Positions 29,640 through 35,582 of a stretch of 35,582 bases of DNA are shown here, in pieces. Made by a program: the position numbers and the translations under genes. The notes under the pieces are model-generated. The model saw only the letters and a program-made list of their open reading frames with translations, searched no databases and had not been told where the DNA came from. Each line of letters starts with the position of its first letter. Within the stretch, counting starts at the first letter, position 1. This stretch comes from Guillardia theta CCMP2712 (taxonomy: Eukaryota; Protista; Cryptophyta): NCBI RefSeq assembly GCF_000315625.1, contig NW_005434483.1, forward strand, positions 1 to 35,582. Direction: 5' to 3'.

Positions 29640-31280
29640 TCAATGCTGCACAGTATGTGCTGGAGCAGAGTCCCCTTGTGTTGCGAAAACCTTGCGATAC
29701 CTGAACGTGCGACGGTGAGGAAAGACGAGAAGCTGACAAGTGACAGCGATGATGGAAATTGTAAGAAAGAGGTAGAAGGCTAGACCAAGAGGGAGGGAGG
29801 GAGGGAGGGAGGGAGGGAGGGGAGAAGAACAAGATGAGGGTATGAGCTCACGAGTAGTACAAAACTCCGGCTCCTCCAGTCCTCATGCTGCGAGTCGCAG
29901 CTCCATACCAAAGACTGGAAGATGGTGAGGAGCAGGTGAGGCAGGGCAGGTTCTTCACCGGTTGATGCCCGGCAGAGCTCCTCGCTGAAACATCTCCTGC
30001 AGCACGTGAAGCATCCTCTGCCCCCTGCCAGGACATGAGATAGGAAGAGAGAGAAGAGGAGGAGGAGCTGCAGATAGCGAGAGCTCACTGATGGTGGAAG
30101 GAAAAACGAAAGAAGAGGAAGAGAAGGAGGGAGGAACGAGAACGAACCTGTTTGCCTCACTCTTCATCAACGCATTGAGGGTCTGGAAGGGAGCAGTGAC
30201 CAACCCTGCAGAGGTTCCGATCTGCCAGGAGAAACACTCAATCCAGGAGGAGCGCCGCAGGGGGGGAGTGCGTGGAAGAAGCACCAGGAAGGCCCCGAAG
30301 CCTCCGAAGATGGAGGCGTGTCGCTCCATCTTGAACGCATGGATCTCCCGCTCAACCAGCTTGGTGACCTGCGGGTTCGCCACGGTGATGGCGAAGACGT
30401 AGACTGCTGACGTGTCAGGGGGGAAGAGGTCTGTTTCATCCCTCCGACCGAACTCGCGGAGGAAGAGAGGAGTCACTCCGCCGTACAAGGCGCGAAGACC
30501 GTGCGTCTTCGTGTAGCTGGTGGATGGAAGTCAAGGGGCGAGAGGAGGAGAGGAGGAACTGGGAAAGAGCGACAGGGCGAGGGCGAGGGTGAGCAGGAAG
30601 GAGGGAGGAGGCAGGGACCTATAGATCTCAAGCATCGGACGAAAGGCAGGGAAGCGTTTGGCAGCAGAAGATGACTCTGAGGAACAGTCAGAGCGCGATG
30701 AGAGGAACATATGACTGCAAGTTCCTATTGCCCTTGTTTCCAGCAGCTGATCCATGACCTGCCTTTGACTGTCAGCGTGAGAAAACAGCAAAGACAAGGA
30801 TAGACGTTGAAGGGACTGAGAATGAGACAAGTCAACCATAGCTGGCATGCATGATCAGGGATCTTTCATATGAAAACTCCATCACCAGAACACGTGGGAG
30901 AATCGTTCATCATCTCCCGACGATTCTCCCGCACAACAACCCACCATCTTCTTCTCGATCGGCTGCAACCCAAAGAACGTAATCACTCCCGACGTCGCTG
31001 CCGCTGCCGCAACCTGGCAGGTCATACTATCCTCCTCCATCCCCAGCATCCTCGTCGTTGTCCTCCTCACTCCGTTGCTCAAGGTCTCAACCCCAATCGA
31101 GTACGGGATCAGCAAAGTCCCTGCTGTCCAACCCCCCGCCCACAGGCGCCCTTGAGCCAGCGCTGTTCTCATGGGCATGCCTGCTTCTCTCCGTGTCGCC
31201 AGAACAGCAAGTGGATACACCAGAGCAACGTCGGTGACTCCGACTGCTGCTCCGACCTTGGCGTCTATCCACCACGTCAT
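29640..31280 (-). CDS. Divergent mitochondrial carrier family (SLC25-like) protein, multi-exon; further 5' exons possible
   Basis: Three repeats with helix-Pro (VYPLAVL, LQPIEKK, TAPFQTL) and G-x-R-x-L-[YW]-x-G motifs (GRLWAG, HGLRALYGGVTPLFLRE, LWYGAATRSMR). Confidence 0.75.
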
Positions 31281-31849
31281 GGCTAGGATGGACCACAGCT
31301 ACCCCCTGCACGGGAGAGATCGGGTCAGCGCAGAGGAAGTTGTGAGATGGGCTGGAAATGACAGGCAAAAGGCAAGATAGCACTCAAACAGGCTGAGAGA
31401 TGGGCTGGTCAAGGAAGAGGACGATGGGGAGGGAAAGAGAAGAACGGAGGCCGAGGCTCTCGAACAGCATTTACTGGAATCAGAGGGAGGTGCGAAGATC
31501 ATGGAGGGCAACCCACGGAGAGGATTTCAAGAGTGAGAACAAGCACAAGAAAAGAAAAGAGAAAATGATCAAGGGATGGGGGGGATGGGGACGAAGATAC
31601 GCGAAGAGGGAGCGGAAAGAGAACTTGCTCATCGAGGAAGATTGAGGTATAGACGAGCTAGAAACGAGAAGAGGAAGAGGCAGGATGAGATAAAGAAGAA
31701 TGAGAAGTAGGAACAGGGGAAGAGAGGAAGGAGGGATGCGGAGAAGGGAGGCCGTGAGCGGGGAAGATCCTTGATATGAGAGCATGGCAAGCGATTCATC
31801 ATTTGTGGGGAATTTCGGACGTTACAGCATAACGGTTGTCCAGCTCTTA

Positions 31850-32310
31850 GGGGGCGGGCCCGGACTCCCCGGCCGCCGCGGCCATGCCCGGGCCCCGGCC
31901 GCCGCCGCCGGGGCCCAGTGCCTCTCCAACCGGGTGACAAAAAAGTCACGGTCAACGTGCCACGGTGTATAGTAGTATTATGAGGCTCAGACATGATCAA
32001 CTCAATTCAGTGACCGTGACCGGGTCACGGTCAGTACTCGCGGCGCCATCATCCGGGTCATACCGGCGGCGGGCCGCGGCCGGAAACCGTATTACGGTAC
32101 CGTAGGCTGCTGACGGTGATACCAGCGGCAGTGACGGCGGCGGTGCTGTACGTGACCGTGACTGTCAGGAGTGATTACAAGGGACGCCCGCGGCCGGGGC
32201 GCCCGGGGCACCCGGCCGTCACTGATCGGATCGCTGGATCCGGATTCAGAGCGACCCGGCCCGGCCCGGGCCCGGGCCCGGGCCACCGGGCCCCGCCCTT
32301 GCACGCCAAT
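31850..32310. promoter_or_regulatory. GC/CpG palindrome-rich island between divergent carrier and kinesin genes
   Basis: TGACCGTGACC-G-GGTCACGGTCA (32011-32033), ACCGTA-T-TACGGT, (GGCCCG)n, many GTGAC/GTCAC. Confidence 0.45.
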
Positions 32311-32797
32311 GCCGATTTTTCAAAAACATTTACGAACGTTTTGTAAAATGCATGCAAGAGTGCTGAGCGAAGGATACATGAGGCCGGAGGAAGCATGGAG
32401 AAGAGGAGAAGGGAGAGGGAGGAGGGGGAAGGAAGGAGGAGGAGGGAAGGAGGAGGAGGAGAGAGCAGGGAGGGTGGAGGGGGGATTGCAGTGCAAGAAA
32501 TTCACTCGGCATCGTATGAGCACCGTGAGAAGTTGTGGGGATAAGACTGAAAGAAATCAAGGTTGTATAGCGAACAATGAAGAGTCTGACAGGAAGGATG
32601 TGTATGTGTGAGAGCAGAAGATGTCAAATGATATGTCAGATCATTGAAACTAAGAGACGATTCTTCCGCACGTTTCTGATTTGATGATGTTGCCAACAGA
32701 CAAGGGATGGTCAGGCTGGATTGTTGATCAGAAAGATCGGCAACATTTTCTCTTCCTGTGAACACGAACAACTTCAAACAGTCTCAACCTCATCGCG

Positions 32798-34814
32798 ATG
32801 AATTTCCACCTGACCCCTCGTGACTCTCCCATCAACTCCCTCAAGCGACATGCCGCAAGCCCAGCTCACACGCCGGGCAAGGGGACTCCGAGGAAGCGAC
32901 CGTGCGTGGGAGCAAGAGCGAATGCGGAGCAGCAGGTGGAGTGTTGCGTCAAGGTATACGTGAGGACGAGACCTCCTTCTACCATCAACGGCACCTCCTG
33001 CGTAGAGGTCCGATCAGACCTGTCCACCATCCATGTGGTAGGTGCGCCGGTAGTGACGGGCCCGCTGCTGACCTCCTGTCTTCCAGCATCCTCCGCCGAG
33101 CAACAAGGGACCTCCGAAGCAGAACACAAGCACCGACGAGTTCTTCTTCGACAGCGGAGTGCTCGATCCTCAGGTCTCCCAGCATGACATGTTCGAAGCT
33201 GTCGGGAGGTACTCCTGCTTCCCTAACCCACTCCTCCTCTTCTCTCCTCCCCTCCCCTCTCCTCCTCCCCTCCCCTCTCCTCCTCCCCTCCCCTCCCCTC
33301 TCCTCTCCTCCCCTCTCCTCTCCTCCCCTCTGTCCGCACACTCAGGGAGTTTGTCAGGCCGGCAGCCGATTCCGTGATGGAAGGATTCAACGTGACCATC
33401 TTTGTAAGTCACAGGGAGACAGGAAAGAAAGATGTAGATGATGATATGGAGGAGGAGGAGATGGAGAGGAGGAGGAGGAGGAGGAGGATGAAGGTGCTAA
33501 CGAGAGGAAAAGGCATACGGACAGACTGGAAGTGGCAAGACTCATACTATCTACGGCTACTGCAGCTCCGGCAGCAACGTCGCAGACATCAATGCAGATA
33601 CCACAGGACTGAGCGGTGAAGGAGGAGGAGGAGGAGGAGGGGTGTCAGGTTTGACGTGCTGGACTAGGTCGTATCATGGACTACATAGTAACAACATGCG
33701 GAGAGAAGAAGGAAGAGAAGGTGAATATATAACTGCGACTCCTCCTCCTCCCTTTTTCCACCACTACCACCAGCAGCAGCATCTCCTCCTCTTCCTCCTT
33801 GATTCAGCTGCAGGTCAAGTATCGCTACAGTCTGAGCATGCTTGATATCTACGACGAGAAAGTCACCGACCTCTTCGACCCTCCTCACGAGAAGAAGGTA
33901 AACTAACATTCCTCCTCCTCCTCTTCGTCGTCTCCATGATCTCCTCCTCCTCCTCCTTCTCCTCCCCCTCCCCCTCCTCCTTCTCCTCCTTCTCCCTCCT
34001 CTCCGACCCCTGTTTCCTCCTCCTTCCTCGCTCATCGACTTGTCAGGTGCGAGAAGGAGCCAACGGCACCTACGTCGAAGGAAGCAAGTGGAAGTCCGTG
34101 CTCAGTGGCCCGCAGGTCAGAGGAGAGGAAGGAGGAGGAGGAGGAGGGGGAGGAGGAGGAATTTGGGAGGGGGGGCACAAGAGCAGGAAGTTACAAGCAG
34201 TCGAAGTGAGATTGCTGAGCAGGCACAAGCCCGACTCCAAGAAGCTCTCCAGGGCAGGAAGGTCATTCAAGAACTCCTAGTCACTCCTCTGCCTCCTCTC
34301 CCTCTCCTGCTGTCCTCCTCCCTCCTCTACCTATCGCCTCATCTTCTCGCCCGGCCCCCTTCATGTTCATCCTCGTTCTTCACCTTTACCACTACTCCTC
34401 TGCTCTCCTCCTCTCTCTCGCTCCCTCTCTTCTTTCATCTGCTCCTCTCCCTCCTCGTCTTCCTCCTCCTCCCGTGACGGCTGGGCGGTTCTCAGGTCTG
34501 CTTCACGGCCATGAACAGCACGAGCAGTCGCTCCCACACCATCTGCATGTTTCGAGTCTCAAGAGACGAGGTCACAGCAGCTGCTGATTCTCCTCCTCCT
34601 CCCTCACAGTCTGCAGGAGCGCGAGGACGGCGAGGTCGTGAATCGCAGCGGAATCATAACAATCGTCGACCTGTGCGGATCTGAGCGAGTGAAGAAGAGC
34701 GAAGTAAGAAAGGAGGAAAGGGGGGGGGAGGGAGTGCTGGAAAGAAGGAGGAGGAGGAGGATCGAATGACCAGGGCAGCATGGAGAAGAAGGAGGTGGAA
34801 GAGGGGGAAACAGA

Positions 34815-34850
<36 letters not shown>

Positions 34851-35582
34851 GTGTTTGGAGTGACAGGTTGGTTAGGTGGACGGCAGCCGTCTCAAGGAAG
34901 CGATCAACATCAACGCTTCTCTCAGCTCCCTCAAGACTGTCCTGACTGCCATCGGAGACTCCGCAGGAATTCTCTCCCTCCTCCTCGCCTTCCCCCCTCC
35001 TCATCCCACCTCCCCTTCCATTCCCCCAGCTCTACTCGACTCTCTCCACCTCCACTTCCTCCATCTTCCGTCCCTTCTCCCTCCTCTCCCTCCTCTCCCA
35101 GCTCTCTTCCTGTCTCTCTCTCTCCGCCCTCCCCCCCTCCTCCCTCCCTCCTCGTCTGGTCGAGACCTGAAGCCGCGTGCAGGTCATGTTCCCTACCGGT
35201 CGAGCAAGTTGACGTGGCTGCTGAAAGATTGCATCGGAGGAAACGCGAGGGTGAGGAGGAGGAGGAGGAGGAGGAGAAAACAAAGAGAGAGGAGGGGGAT
35301 GAGGAGGGAGGCAGGGAGGAAGAGCACGCGTCTGAGGGCAAGACGTCAGGTGATCATCATCGCACACGTCAACCCCTGCTGTCTCCACCACTGGGAGACT
35401 CTGTCGACCCTCCGATTCGTGTCGATGGTGAAGACTGTCAAGACCTACTCGTCCAAGAACACGCACGTGAAGACGAAGGCAGAGATGCAGGTGAGCAGGG
35501 GGAAGAGGGGGGGGGGGGAGGGGGAGAGGAGGAGGAGGAGGAGGAGGACGGGACGGGGAGGGGGGAAGGGGGAGGGAGGAGA
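32798..35582 (+). CDS. Kinesin with N-terminal motor domain, multi-exon, runs off the window end
   Basis: VKVYVRTRP, EGFNVTIF|AYGQTGSGKT (P-loop), NSTSSRSH (switch I), IVDLCGSERVK (switch II), ININASLSSL, HVPYRSSKLTWLLKDCIGG, ETLSTLRF. Confidence 0.95.

Overview
Gene-dense eukaryotic nuclear DNA with many short (~45-55 nt) GT-AG introns, microsatellite-filled longer introns and two assembly gaps (9646-10338, 14769-14868). Intron style, bipartite signal+Phe plastid presequences and a microbial-type opsin point to an alga with a complex plastid, probably a cryptophyte such as Guillardia (inference). Genes assembled by eye: RPLP1 (+), RETICULATA-related plastid protein (-), a type-1 opsin lacking the retinal lysine and fused to a large N-terminal ectodomain (+), a TPR/GT41 O-GlcNAc transferase-like protein (+), a broken winged-helix methyltransferase-like fragment (-), ERH (-), a signal-peptide-bearing PDCD5-like protein (+), an FHA-HELP-WD40 EML-like protein (+), a divergent p300/CBP-type HAT with a QQERI repeat tail (-), a plastid GNAT (+), a divergent mitochondrial carrier (-) and a kinesin (+, truncated). 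The best candidate for a novel system is the 534-aa retinal-free opsin whose ectodomain resembles the GOLD-like N-terminus of GPR180/TMEM145. Intergenic DNA falls into two recurring non-coding 'dialects': CpG/palindrome-rich islands and strand-biased GGGGT/ACCCC tracts. All family assignments come from motif recall, not database searches.
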